64,000 bases of DNA from Longimicrobiales bacterium (GTDB taxonomy: Bacteria; Gemmatimonadota; Gemmatimonadetes; Longimicrobiales; Gaopeijiaceae). Location of the stretch: NCBI GenBank assembly GCA_965197725.1, contig CBDANQ010000056.1, forward strand, positions 1 through 64,000, read 5' to 3'. Under the pieces are notes generated by a model. It did no database searches and was not told the origin of the DNA. It worked only from the letters and a program-made list of their open reading frames with translations. A program made the position numbers and the translations under genes. Below are positions 31,322-41,484 of this stretch, piece after piece; position 1 is the first letter of the stretch, and each line of letters opens with the position of its first letter.

Positions 31322-31705
31322 ATGCCGCTGATTTTCAAGGACGGCGTACCGGCGAACACGCATCCCTTCAACGTCGTCGAAGTGCCGGAGGACTTCGTCG
31401 AGTCCGCCGACCAAGTGACGCGGCCTCCGCTGTACGAAGTGCACATGCGAATGGCCGAGGAGGTCGCGAAACGCTCGACGCGTGCTCGTCTAGGTGTTGG
31501 CACTGTTCTGATGGATGCCGACCTCGAACACGTCGTCTCGATCGGGTACAACGGCACCGCGCGCGGATGCCCGAATCGGTGTGGCTCGGACGAAATGGCG
31601 ATGTGCGGTTGCATCCATTCGGAGATGAACCCGCTTGTGAAGTCACCCGGTGAGATGCGGGGCAAGGTGGCGTTCATCACCGCGAGTCCCTGCGAGTGGC
31701 GCTAA
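31322..31705 (+). pseudogene. dCMP deaminase (ComEB-like), truncated within PCxxC
   Basis: AKRSTRARLGVG, SIGYNG, CIHSEMN, ITASPCEWR*. Confidence 0.8.
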
Positions 31706-31807
31706 TAGCGAATCAGCGCCTGGAAAACATCTGCCGTCCCATTAGCTTCAGCCCTTCCGGCTCCGTTGCACAATGTACGATGCGCCCGTTGCACGTGGAG
31801 AGTCCCC

Positions 31808-32920
31808 GTGAATCAGACCGTCGCCGCGGGCGCAGATACGCCCTTTGGTCGCTTTTTTCTTCCCGGTCCCACGGAAGTCCGCGCGGAGGTCCTCGAGGCT
31901 CAGACGCGCGCGATGATCGGGCACCGCGGGCCAGGCATCCAAGAGTTGGTGGGCGAGCTTCAGGCTGGTCTCAAGAAAGTCTTCGTCACCGACCGCCCTG
32001 TCTTCATCTCGAGCTCTTCGGCATCGGGCCTCATGGAGGCTGCCGTCCGCAATGGCACATCCGGCAAGGTGCTATCGCTCGTGAATGGCGCGTTCAGCCA
32101 GCGCTTTGCCGACATCGCCCGAGCGTGCTGTCTCGACGTCGACGAGGTAGCGGTTCCGTGGGGCGAGGCGCATGACCCAGCTGCCGTGGCCTCCGCGCTG
32201 GCGGGCGGCGGATACGACGCGATTACCGTGGTTCATTCCGAGACGTCGACGGGTGTGCTCAACGACCTTCCGGCGATCTCGAGCGTCGTCGCAAAACACG
32301 CCGACACGCTCCTTCTCGTCGACTCGGTCACTGGATGCGGGGGCGCCGAGCTGCTCACCGATGCATGGGCCTTGGACTTCGTGTTGACGGGCTCCCAGAA
32401 GGCGCTGGCACTCCCACCCGGCCTTTCGTTCGCAGTGGCATCCGAGGCGATGATGGAGCGTTCGGCCTCAGTCACGGGGAAGGGGCAGTATTTCGACCTC
32501 GTCACATTCGCGAAGAACCTGGACAAATTGCAGACCCCTACGACGCCTGCGCTCTCGACCATGTATGCGCTTCAGGTCCAGCTCGGGCGGATCGCCGACG
32601 AGACGATCGAGGGCCGGTGGGCCCGCCACTCCGCTATGGCTGAGCGCACACATGCCTGGGTCGACGACATGCGCACCGACGGCGTGCAATTGCAGGTGAT
32701 GGCGCCCGAGGGGCACCGGTCGCCCACAGTGACTGCCGTGTCTCTCCCCGAGGGGATTGGCGGCCCACGCATCGTGAGCGCGATGAAGGAGCGCGGTTGG
32801 GTCATTGGCGGCGGGTACGGAAAGCTCAAGGAGACCGGCATTCGCATCGGCCATATGGGCGACCACACCGTCGAGGAGCTGAACGAGCTTCTGACTGTCC
32901 TTACGGAGGTGATGCGATGA
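31808..32920 (+). CDS. Class V PLP aminotransferase (serine-pyruvate type; probable phosphoserine aminotransferase role beside serA)
   Basis: LPGPTEV, HSETSTGV, VDSVT, TGSQKALALPPGL, RIGHMG. Confidence 0.9.
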   Translation: MNQTVAAGADTPFGRFFLPGPTEVRAEVLEAQTRAMIGHRGPGIQELVGELQAGLKKVFVTDRPVFISSSSASGLMEAAVRNGTSGKVLSLVNGAFSQRFADIARACCLDVDEVAVPWGEAHDPAAVASALAGGGYDAITVVHSETSTGVLNDLPAISSVVAKHADTLLLVDSVTGCGGAELLTDAWALDFVLTGSQKALALPPGLSFAVASEAMMERSASVTGKGQYFDLVTFAKNLDKLQTPTTPALSTMYALQVQLGRIADETIEGRWARHSAMAERTHAWVDDMRTDGVQLQVMAPEGHRSPTVTAVSLPEGIGGPRIVSAMKERGWVIGGGYGKLKETGIRIGHMGDHTVEELNELLTVLTEVMR

Positions 32921-34515
32921 GCGGCGAGTTCAGAGTCCTCATCACGGACAAGGTTTCTGACACAGGATTGGCGCCACTTCGCGGCGATCCGCGATTCGAC
33001 CTGATCAAGATCGACGATTCGTCCGATCCCGCGTTCATTGAAGCTCTGCCCACGGTCCACGGGCTCGTCGTGCGTAGCGCCACCAAGGTACGCGCCGAGA
33101 TGCTCGAGAAGGCCACGGAGCTCCGTGTAGTCGGACGCGCCGGTGTCGGCGTGGACAATATCGACCTGGAGGCCGCGACGGCCCGGGGCGTCGCCGTGCT
33201 CAATGCGCCGGCCGGCAACACCGTTTCGGCGGCGGAGCTCACGATGGCGCTGATACTCTCCATGGTGCGGCGAGTCGCCGCGGCGGATGCCTGGGTCCGG
33301 CAAGGCGAGTGGGGGCGGTCCCGTTTCAAGGGCGCGGAGTTGCGGGGGAGGGTTCTGGGACTGATCGGCGCGGGCCGTATCGGCAGCGAGGTGGCGAAGC
33401 GGTGCCGCGCGTTCGGCATGCGGGTGCTCGCGTACGACCCCTACCTCACGGACGAGCGCGCCGAGGGCTTGAGGGTTGAGCGCGCGACGCTCGACGGCGT
33501 CATCGAGGGAGCGGACGTGCTCTCGCTGCACGTGCCGCTAACGGAAGAAACGCGCGGCATGATCGACGCCACCGCCCTATCACGCATGAAGAGAGGGTCT
33601 TTCCTGGTGAACGTCGCTCGGGGTGGCGTGGTGGACGAGGCCGCGCTCGCAGCGTCGCTCGCCGAGGGGCACATGGGAGGAGCGGCTCTCGATGTCTACG
33701 GCAACGAACCGCTGGAGGAGGGCAGCCCCCTCCGCGATGCCCCCAACCTCGTCCTGACGCCCCACTTGGGTGCCTCGACTGCCGAGGCTCAGGAGCTCGT
33801 TGCGACCGAGATCGCGGAGGCGGTCCGCGCCGCGCTCGCCGAGGGGGACCTCACCAGGGCGCTCAACGCCCCAGCGATCGGTGGCGAGGCGCTGAGAGCG
33901 TTGGCACCACTCTTCGATCTGGGGCGTCGACTCGGACGACTCGGGTGTGCCCTCGCGCGAGGCGGCCTCGAAGGTGTCGAGATCCGGTATGCCGGAGAGT
34001 CCGAGGAGGCGCTGCGGCCCCTCTCCGCGTACGTGCTCATGGGCCTGCTCGAAAACATCCTCGGGGAGGACCGGGTCAACTTCGTGAGCGCCGCGCACAT
34101 GGCGCAGCAGCGCGGCATCAATGTTTCGAGGGCTCAGCTAGCGCGCCGCACCAACTACACGGAATTCGTCGAAATCGTGGTCAAGGCGGAGCGAGGCGAC
34201 CTGCGCTTCGCCGGGGCTCTGTTGGGGAAAACGCATTCGCGGATCGTACGCATCGGTGAGTTCCACGTCGATATCGTGCCCGAAGGAACGCTCATCGTGC
34301 TAAGGAACCACGACGTGCCGGGTGTGATCGGGCGCGTGGGGACGCTCCTGGGTGATCACGGGATCAACATTGCCGAGTACCACCAAGCTCGTCAGGCGAA
34401 GGGCGGCGATGCTTTGGCGGCCGTCGCGGTGGATGGGGACGTCGATGCGGCTGTGCGAGATGCCCTGCTGGAGCTCGACGAGGTCTCGGAGGCTGTGGTA
34501 GTGCGTCTGGAGTAG
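32917..34515 (+). CDS. serA: D-3-phosphoglycerate dehydrogenase with ASB and ACT domains
   Basis: VRSATKV, GRAGVGVDNID, GAGRIG, NVARGG, TPHLGAST, DVPGVIGRVG. Confidence 0.96.
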   Translation: MSGEFRVLITDKVSDTGLAPLRGDPRFDLIKIDDSSDPAFIEALPTVHGLVVRSATKVRAEMLEKATELRVVGRAGVGVDNIDLEAATARGVAVLNAPAGNTVSAAELTMALILSMVRRVAAADAWVRQGEWGRSRFKGAELRGRVLGLIGAGRIGSEVAKRCRAFGMRVLAYDPYLTDERAEGLRVERATLDGVIEGADVLSLHVPLTEETRGMIDATALSRMKRGSFLVNVARGGVVDEAALAASLAEGHMGGAALDVYGNEPLEEGSPLRDAPNLVLTPHLGASTAEAQELVATEIAEAVRAALAEGDLTRALNAPAIGGEALRALAPLFDLGRRLGRLGCALARGGLEGVEIRYAGESEEALRPLSAYVLMGLLENILGEDRVNFVSAAHMAQQRGINVSRAQLARRTNYTEFVEIVVKAERGDLRFAGALLGKTHSRIVRIGEFHVDIVPEGTLIVLRNHDVPGVIGRVGTLLGDHGINIAEYHQARQAKGGDALAAVAVDGDVDAAVRDALLELDEVSEAVVVRLE

Positions 34516-34574
34516 CGACGCCTATGTTGAGGACCCCGCCCCCGAAAGAGGGCCCAAGCCCCGCTCACGAACCG

Positions 34575-34841
34575 ATGCTTAGCGACCTCCAAGAAAAGAA
34601 GCTGACGCGCTACTTCCAGGTCTACGATATTGACGACGACGGTCAGATCGCGGCTTCGGATTTCGAGCGCGTGATCGAGAACGTGCGAATCCTGCGGGGA
34701 GCGTCGGAAAACTCTCCGGCCGGCAACGGCCTACGCAGCGCGTTCATGAGCTTTTGGGCCGCTTTGAGTGACTCCGCCGACAGTGATCGAGACGGGGGCA
34801 TCGACTTGGACGAGTGGCTCGCTTACTGGCAGGTCGCGCTC
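34575..34841 (+). pseudogene. EF-hand calcium-binding protein (calerythrin-like), 3'-truncated
   Basis: YDIDDDGQIAASDF and ADSDRDGGIDLDEW; stops making sense at about 34841. Confidence 0.8.
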
Positions 34842-35168
34842 GCGGAACCAGCGGGCTTCCGGCGCCGCCCCGTTGGCGATGATGCCCAGCGCCACCGAAG
34901 CCCGAGCCGCGCGCCAGCGGGCGTCCACGTCGCCGGGGGCGTGTTGGAGCCAGCCCTCCATCAGTCGAAGGGACTCCGCGGCGTCACCCGCCCAATAAGC
35001 CCGGTCGGCCCGCTCCACCACGCTGGGCGACGCCGACAGCTCGAAGAGCGTGACGGGCGGAGCCTGAGCGAAGGCGCGAGTACCGTGGCCAAGCGCCAAC
35101 GCGGCGAGGGCGCACGAGCGCAAGGTCCTGAGCCAGCGGAGGGAGAGGTGCACGCTCGGATCCAACAT
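34838..35168 (-). pseudogene. Exported TPR-like protein, 3'-truncated
   Basis: Signal peptide ...RAFAQ; APGDVDARWRAARA; runs head-on into the EF-hand gene. Confidence 0.65.
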
Positions 35169-35351
35169 GGGGAATCGACCTGGGACCGTATTGTTCCCGC
35201 GTGTGCGCTGTGCGTCAACCTCGACACGCTGCGCACGAGTCATCCTATTGGCGCGTCCGGCCCCGGTCACTAGCATGGTCCGGCGTCGTCCCCGCGAGGT
35301 GGAACGACGCTAGTCTCGACCGGCCCATGACGGTTCTGTGGAGGACACGCC

Positions 35352-36107
35352 ATGCTGGAAGTGATCGATCACGGTTCCATACGCGAGCTTCGGATCGCGC
35401 ATCCTCCCGTGAACGCTTTGCGGCCTCAGGTTCTGGCGACCCTGAGGGAGGCCCTCGACGCCGCACGGATCGACGGAGCCGGTGCCGTGGTGATCTCGGG
35501 AGCGCCTGGCTTCTTTTCCGCGGGCCTCGACGTGCCCTTCATGCTCGAGGGGGGCGACGCCGCCGCCATCGCGACCTTCGAGGAGCTGTTCGCCCTGAGA
35601 ACCGCGCTCGTAGTGTCCGACCTGCCGGTTGCCGCTGCCATCACCGGCCACAGTCCTGCAGGTGGAGCCGTACTTGCGATCTGTTGCGATTATCGCGTAA
35701 TGGCGGAGGGTAAGTACAAGAGTGGGCTCAATGAGGTTCAGGTGGGTCTGCCCGTCTCCCCGGTGCTCCAAGCGAACCTCCGTCGCCTGGTCGGACCTCA
35801 CAACGCGGAGCGAATGTGCGTGGAGGGTCGTCTGCTCTCCCCTGAGGCGGCCCTCGAGATCGGGCTCGTGGACCGCGTCGTGCCGATGGACGAGGTGGTG
35901 GCCACCGCGCTGGAGTGGTGTGAGAAGCTGCTCGCCGCACCCTCGCGTGCGATGCTGCGCACGCGCGCCGTCGCCCGCGCCGATCTCGTCAGCCTGTACA
36001 CTGACCCGGAACGCCCGGGCCCCGAAGAGTTCATCGAGGCGTGGTCCAGCGAGGAAACCCAGGCCACGATGCGTGCTCTGGTGGCGCGCCTCAAGACCAA
36101 GGGCTAG
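35352..36107 (+). CDS. Enoyl-CoA hydratase/isomerase (delta3-delta2 isomerase-like)
   Basis: PPVNAL, FSAGLD, GHSPAGGAVLA, GLNEVQVGL. Confidence 0.92.
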   Translation: MLEVIDHGSIRELRIAHPPVNALRPQVLATLREALDAARIDGAGAVVISGAPGFFSAGLDVPFMLEGGDAAAIATFEELFALRTALVVSDLPVAAAITGHSPAGGAVLAICCDYRVMAEGKYKSGLNEVQVGLPVSPVLQANLRRLVGPHNAERMCVEGRLLSPEAALEIGLVDRVVPMDEVVATALEWCEKLLAAPSRAMLRTRAVARADLVSLYTDPERPGPEEFIEAWSSEETQATMRALVARLKTKG

Positions 36108-36249
36108 CCGGGGCGCGCATCGGGAGGAGACGAGGCACTTCATCGGGTCTACGTGGTCTGCTGCCACGATTCGGGCCTCGATGGACGGCCGAAAGGAAGG
36201 TGCGGCGCGACCTCCGCTTCGTGCCACCCAAGTCGGTCCTGGATCCCCG

Positions 36250-36909
36250 TCACTTGGACGGGTCGGCAGACTCGAACGCCTCACTGAGTAGGCGCCTGAC
36301 GAGCCGCCGCGCGCCGGCCATGTCACCCATCCGCACGAGTTCGAGTGCCTTGGAGTCCACTATGCGATACCAAAGGGCCCTTCGGGGCTCGAACGCGGGC
36401 AGCCGGTCGGCCACCTCTTCCCGAAGATCGCCCAGGAGCTCCAGCAGATGTCCGTACTCCGGTCCTACGATCTCGGCCAGTTGCTCTCGAAGACGGACCG
36501 CCAGCGCGGGCCCCTTGCCCGCCGTCGAGATGGCGATCGTGAGATCCCCACTTCGATGGATGGACGGAGCGATAAAGTGGCAATGAGGGACGTCGTCCAC
36601 GGCGTTTAGAAGGACCTTCTCCTGCTGCGCCTCCTCCCATATCGGCGCATTGAAGGCCGGGTCGACGCTGCACGAGATGGCCAGGAAGACCCCGCGGAGG
36701 TCCCCAGCCCGGTAGGATCGGCCGATCCACGCTACGCCGCCATGCTCGATCAACCGCGCGAGACCCGCCGTCACGGCTGGGCTCACCACTTTTACCCGGG
36801 CGCCGGCCTCCAGCAGTGCCACGACCTTTTTCTCGGCTTCGGCGTTACCGCCGATCACCAGACTCTGTCGATTCCGCAGGTCCAGGTAAACCGGATAGAA
36901 AGCACTCAT
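36250..36909 (-). CDS. Precorrin-2 dehydrogenase/sirohydrochlorin ferrochelatase (CysG N-terminal/SirC-like)
   Basis: YPVYLDL, VIGG, LNAVDDVPHCHFIAPS, IAISTAGKGPALA. Confidence 0.92.
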   Translation of the reverse strand: MSAFYPVYLDLRNRQSLVIGGNAEAEKKVVALLEAGARVKVVSPAVTAGLARLIEHGGVAWIGRSYRAGDLRGVFLAISCSVDPAFNAPIWEEAQQEKVLLNAVDDVPHCHFIAPSIHRSGDLTIAISTAGKGPALAVRLREQLAEIVGPEYGHLLELLGDLREEVADRLPAFEPRRALWYRIVDSKALELVRMGDMAGARRLVRRLLSEAFESADPSK

Positions 36910-37058
36910 TTCCGCCTCCGGGTATTCCAACCGGGCGCCAAGATCACGGAGTTGACCCTGGCACGAGGGTACCGAATGGCACCATAGTCGGCGGCAAGCT
37001 ACGCTGAGCCGTTCGAGGTCGCACTCGAACCCCCGTCACGCGTGCCGCATCGGAGCGT

Positions 37059-37531
37059 ATGCCACTACCCGAGAGCAGCCCCGCAGCCCCGCATCGATTT
37101 TCCGACGGACTCCACCGCCTCATGTACCGCCTGGTCGCGCTCGGTGGGTGCGGGTCCAGGAAGGCGTACTGCGGCGGATTTTCGACCTTCACCATCGTAA
37201 GCCCAACAGGTGGAGCTACGAAACCAGCCCATACGAGCGCGAGCGCTGCGCCGCGATCCTGCGCGCCATCGGACCGGGTTGGCACGAGCGGGTGCTCGAG
37301 GTCGGTTGCTCCGAGGGAGTATTCATCCGAGCGTTGGCTTCGGATGATCGCGTGGGCACGGGCACAGCGGCGGACGTCTCCCCGAGGGCGCTAGAAACAG
37401 CTCGACGCCGCTGCGAGGGCCTGTCCAACATTTCGTTCGTCGCGGGCAGTGTCGTGAACGCGGCGTCGCCGGGGCCCTTCGACCTCATCGTCGGCGCGCT
37501 CGGAGTCACCTACGCGACGTGGAGCCGCTGA
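37059..37531 (+). pseudogene. NodS-like SAM methyltransferase, frameshifted and truncated
   Basis: WSYETSPYERER, VLEVGCSEG, DVSPRAL, FDLIV; then collides with the convergent gene. Confidence 0.75.
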
Positions 37532-39218
37532 CCCAGTACGCACGGACCACCGACCCTTCGGCAACACCGCCGACCGGCCAAGCAACCTCGACTCGAAGGT
37601 TGGAGCCGGTTCCGGCAGGAAGGCCCAACCGCAAGCCGACGCCCACCGCGGACTCCCAGCCGGTGTCGGCGCTGAACGGTGCGGTGCCAGCCCATCCACG
37701 TCCGACGTCGCCGAAGACCGTAAAGCCGACATCCGCCGCAGGCCCTACCGGTCGAGGATTCCAGCGCTCCTCGAACCGTATCACGAGCAGCTGGCTGACC
37801 GGCTTCTCGTTATCGACGAAACCCCGCACACCCGCGACCCCACCCAGCCTGAGCTGGAACACCTCGTCGGCCCGCCACCCGCCACGATAGCGAAGCTCGG
37901 CGGCAAGCGTGTGCGCGGCGGCGGCCAAGTAGAGACGGACGTCCGCACGAGCCGAGAGATCGCGTAGCCGATCGCCGCCTTCGGCGACGCGGTCCACGCG
38001 GCGGCCCTCCGCCGAAATCCTCGTCTGCGCGGTGAACGGTCCACGGGTCAAACCAGCGAAGGCCTGGACGCCTCCATATGTGTCCAGCGACGCTCCGTCC
38101 CAGGTGGCGAACGTGCGGCCGAGCGTCAGCGTGAGTTCGGTCCCTGTAGCGATGTCCTGCACACCGCTCACGAGGTCGATCCCCCCATGGGGACGAAACG
38201 TGAGATTTCGCACCCCCAACCGAACGCCGACGCGCGCGTAGGACGGCGGGGAAGCCTGGGACTCCAGTTGATTGGCCAACGAGTCCGGGGCGGGGACGGG
38301 ATCGTCGAAGTCGTGCGCGAACGCCGCGGTCGGAGTACCGACGACGCGCCGTCGCAGCAGGCGAAACTCGCCTCCGAGCAGTAGCAAGGACCCCGGCTCG
38401 CCCCACCGACGAAGGAACGTCGCCTCGAATCGCCGATCCTCGAGCGGTAGCAGTACGTGCGAGTACGCTTTGGTGTCGTCCGTGAGGTACGCGTGCTCGT
38501 GGTCCCTCGTAATGGCTCGGACACCCACGGAGACACGACCTTCCTCTCCGACGAACGGGTATGAGAATACGGAGTTGAAAAACTGACCGGTCCGGGTGGT
38601 GCCCCCCCCGACGGATGCGTCGAGACGGGTGCTGAGGAAGGATGTGGTGCCGAACCGCGCGCCCAGGTCGCGACGCTCTTGGAAGCGGCGCCAGCTGACT
38701 ACGCCGTAGAGTCCCCGGCCGAGCAGGTTCCGTTCGCTCGCGAACGCCCCCTCGAAGCGGAGTTCGTTCTCGATCGAGAGGTTCAGCCCCGCGCGCGTGC
38801 TCCATTCGTCCCAGGTCTCGACCACTACTACTCGGGCCCCGTCCGCCCCTGTGTTCGCCGTGACACGCGCGCGCGCCACGAAGTCCAACTCGCGCACGAG
38901 GCGTTCCGACTCCTCGAGAGCATCGAGTTCGAAACAGTCCCCCTCGCTGACGACAATCTCGGCACGGATCCGGTCCGGACGCGTCGAGACGTGGAGCGAG
39001 TTGGCGAGCCGGTACGCCCACGGGAAGCGTGCGTGCTCGACCGCTTCGGGTCCGTAGATCGAGTGGCTGCGGATCTCCACCCGGGCGACCACGCCGGAAG
39101 GGCATGCCGCCTCTGCCTGACCCGCGACCAGACCGGGGCCGAGAGCCGTCAGCGCGAATGTGGCGCCCCCGACCCAGGTGCTGCGGGTTGTCCGTGGCGG
39201 CCGTGTCGAAGCGGACAT
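37506..39218 (-). CDS. Omp85/BamA-TamA-like outer membrane protein (POTRA plus barrel)
   Basis: Signal peptide; LEESERLVRELDF, ETWDEWST, ERNLLGRG, LGGVAGVRGF, VFGDVGRGW, VGVGLRL. Confidence 0.78.
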   Translation of the reverse strand: MSASTRPPRTTRSTWVGGATFALTALGPGLVAGQAEAACPSGVVARVEIRSHSIYGPEAVEHARFPWAYRLANSLHVSTRPDRIRAEIVVSEGDCFELDALEESERLVRELDFVARARVTANTGADGARVVVVETWDEWSTRAGLNLSIENELRFEGAFASERNLLGRGLYGVVSWRRFQERRDLGARFGTTSFLSTRLDASVGGGTTRTGQFFNSVFSYPFVGEEGRVSVGVRAITRDHEHAYLTDDTKAYSHVLLPLEDRRFEATFLRRWGEPGSLLLLGGEFRLLRRRVVGTPTAAFAHDFDDPVPAPDSLANQLESQASPPSYARVGVRLGVRNLTFRPHGGIDLVSGVQDIATGTELTLTLGRTFATWDGASLDTYGGVQAFAGLTRGPFTAQTRISAEGRRVDRVAEGGDRLRDLSARADVRLYLAAAAHTLAAELRYRGGWRADEVFQLRLGGVAGVRGFVDNEKPVSQLLVIRFEERWNPRPVGPAADVGFTVFGDVGRGWAGTAPFSADTGWESAVGVGLRLGLPAGTGSNLRVEVAWPVGGVAEGSVVRAYWVSGSTSRR

Positions 39219-39456
39219 TGTGCCGGTGATTAGGGTCGAGGTGGCGTCTGGCGAGGTTACCAGGCCTGCGTACGGAGGCGTGCTCGCCTACCTTGCGGCC
39301 TCCGCGCTGGTGTTGACACGTTGGTGAAGCCCCGTGACCTGTCAATGGCCCCTCACCCAGCCTCCGCCCGGTAGGCTCCCTTGCCTGTCAACGGCCATCG
39401 AAAGCTGCACAGGTCTGGCCATCGAAAATTGCACACTTGGCGGAGGTGACGAGCCT

Positions 39457-40299
39457 CTAGTTCGTCGTTTTCTCCTTTGCTCTTGCTCTCTTTCTCTTCG
39501 GGGGTGAAGGGCTCGACTCCGCAGGAGGCGAGTGGAGGATCTTGGAGAGGTCGGTGTGCTTGCGCATCCGGTAGCTGCTGCCGCGGATGTTGACGATATG
39601 GCAGTGATGCAGCAGGCGATCGATGAGCGCAGCGGCCATGACCTCGTCGCCCAAGATCTGGCCCCACTCCTCGAAGCCTTTATTGGAGGTCAGCACAGTG
39701 GATGCGCGCTCATAGCGCCGGTTGATGAGTTGGAAGAAGAGCATTGCGCCGGTCTGGCTGACCGGCAGGTAGCCGATCTCGTCGATGACCAGGAGCGAAG
39801 GATAGGTGAGGATCTTGAGGCGGCGTCCCAGCTGGCCGGTGGTCTTGGCTTCTTCGAGCGAGGTGATGAGGTCGGCCAGAGCGCCGTAGTAGACTCTGCG
39901 CCCGCTCTGAGCCGCGGCAATGGCGAGGCTGATCGCGAGATGCGTCTTGCCGACGCCCGGAGGGCCGAGGAAGATCACGTTCTCCTTACGCTCCAAGAAG
40001 CCGAGCTCGTGGAGCGAGTCGATCTGCTCGCGCTTGATCGAGGGCTGGAAGCTGAAGTCGAAGTCGTCGAGGGTCTTGATGCCCGGTAGCCGGCTCGAGC
40101 GCATCGCAGCCTGAAGGCGGCGGTTGTTGCGCAGCGTGATCTGGGCACCGAGGAGTTGCTCGATGGCCTCCGAGGCCGTCACGCCTCCGCCATCGACCCC
40201 GGTGAGGACGTCGTCGATGGCCTCCAGCGCACCGGGCATCTTGAGATCGGCGAGCTGGGCTCGGATCCGGTCACGGCGAGAGCGAGCGGCAGCCTTCAT
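39457..40299 (-). CDS. istB: IS21 helper ATPase
   Basis: KTLDDFDFSFQP, GPPGVGKTHLA, IDEIGYLP, LTSNK, DRLLHH. Confidence 0.97.
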   Translation of the reverse strand: MKAAARSRRDRIRAQLADLKMPGALEAIDDVLTGVDGGGVTASEAIEQLLGAQITLRNNRRLQAAMRSSRLPGIKTLDDFDFSFQPSIKREQIDSLHELGFLERKENVIFLGPPGVGKTHLAISLAIAAAQSGRRVYYGALADLITSLEEAKTTGQLGRRLKILTYPSLLVIDEIGYLPVSQTGAMLFFQLINRRYERASTVLTSNKGFEEWGQILGDEVMAAALIDRLLHHCHIVNIRGSSYRMRKHTDLSKILHSPPAESSPSPPKRKRARAKEKTTN

Positions 40300-41324
40300 C
40301 GGTCCCCTCCCGCGATCTGGGCATAGGCCGTGAGGGGACGTCGCTCGACGTGGATGGCCGGCAAGGACGTCGTGCCGGGTGAGGAGCGATCCGGAGGCAG
40401 GACGAGGGGGTGATACGGGCGAGTCGCCAAGGGCTCGAGGAGCAGTCGTTCACGCTCGAAGCGATCGAGGGGCCGCTCCTTCAGCGTTCCGTGGCTGCGC
40501 ACCTTGGCTTCCGTCTCAAGCCAATGAAGGGCCTGCGCGTTGAGATCGTCGTCCGACGTGAAGGTGCGCCCGTAGAAGAAGCTCTCCCTGAGGTAGCGGA
40601 TCGGCCGCTCCACCTTGCCCTTGGTCTGAGCCCGATAGGGTCGGCACGCGCGGATCCTGAAGTTCCAGTGGTAGGCGTAGCGCATGAACTCCGGGTTCTC
40701 GACGAGGGCACCATCGTCGTATCGACCGTCCTCGATGACGACCGCCTTCATTTGGTCGAACAGAAGCTCTGAGGGCACGCCGCCGAAGTAGGAAAACGAA
40801 GACTCCAGGCCATGCATCAGGGCCTTCATGGTCTGCCGGGTGTAGAACTGAACCCACAGCAGCCTCGAGTAGCCCAGCACGACGATTAGTGCGTAACGCT
40901 TGCCCCACGGTAGCCGGAAGTGGGCGAAGTCCACCTGGCCCTGACGCCCAGGCGCCGTCTCGAAGCGCACGACCGGCTCCTCTGGGGGTCGAGGCCGGAC
41001 CTTGCGTACATAGCGCTTCACTTGGTTGTAACTGCCCGGGTAGCCAGCGGCCCGGACCTCCTTGAAGAGCCGTACAGCCGTGAGCTTCGGGTACTCCTTG
41101 AGACGCGTGTCGATCAACGGCTTGTACGGATCCAGCTTCGACGGCATCAGACATCTCGGACCGTACCCGACACGCTCTTCGTCCAACTCCCGGTCCAGTT
41201 GACCGGTCTCTATCCAGTGGTACACGGTACGGCGACTGACCCCCAGATCCCGGGCGATCACCGCCTTGTTCATCCCCTGCTCGAGGTAATGACGGAGCAG
41301 CACGCGCTTCTCCCTTCCGATCAT
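40296..41324 (-). CDS. istA: IS21 transposase
   Basis: N-terminal HTH, RFETAPGRQGQVDF, LGYSR, DQMKAV, AQTKGKVER. Confidence 0.97.
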   Translation of the reverse strand: MIGREKRVLLRHYLEQGMNKAVIARDLGVSRRTVYHWIETGQLDRELDEERVGYGPRCLMPSKLDPYKPLIDTRLKEYPKLTAVRLFKEVRAAGYPGSYNQVKRYVRKVRPRPPEEPVVRFETAPGRQGQVDFAHFRLPWGKRYALIVVLGYSRLLWVQFYTRQTMKALMHGLESSFSYFGGVPSELLFDQMKAVVIEDGRYDDGALVENPEFMRYAYHWNFRIRACRPYRAQTKGKVERPIRYLRESFFYGRTFTSDDDLNAQALHWLETEAKVRSHGTLKERPLDRFERERLLLEPLATRPYHPLVLPPDRSSPGTTSLPAIHVERRPLTAYAQIAGGDR

Positions 41325-41484
41325 TGCACCTCCACGTTCTCGGTGGAGGCGCCAAGTGAGTGGATCGGCCGGAAGATCGCTCGGGGTGGTGCCTACATCC
41401 CCACTCTCCCGCCCGCTAGGTCAAAGCGCCAAGTGTGCAATTTTCGATGGCCACATGTGTGCAATATTGGAAGGCCGCTAACAC

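Larger units (their letters stand above)
39386..41483 (-). mobile_element. Complete IS21-family insertion sequence, 2098 bp, 6-bp TSD CTTGCC
   Basis: TGT...ACA termini with repeated GGCCATCGAAAnnTGCACA motifs; CTTGCC at 39380-39385 and 41484-41489; carries istA and istB. Confidence 0.97.

Noticed and set aside
31322..31705. Anti-phage dCTP deaminase
   Set aside because: There is no kinase-like domain, and the gene is truncated within the zinc-binding PCxxC motif.
39313..39345. TTGACA..TGTCAA as a promoter or operator
   Set aside because: No -10 element at the proper spacing, and a 6-bp inverted repeat is too weak to support a call.
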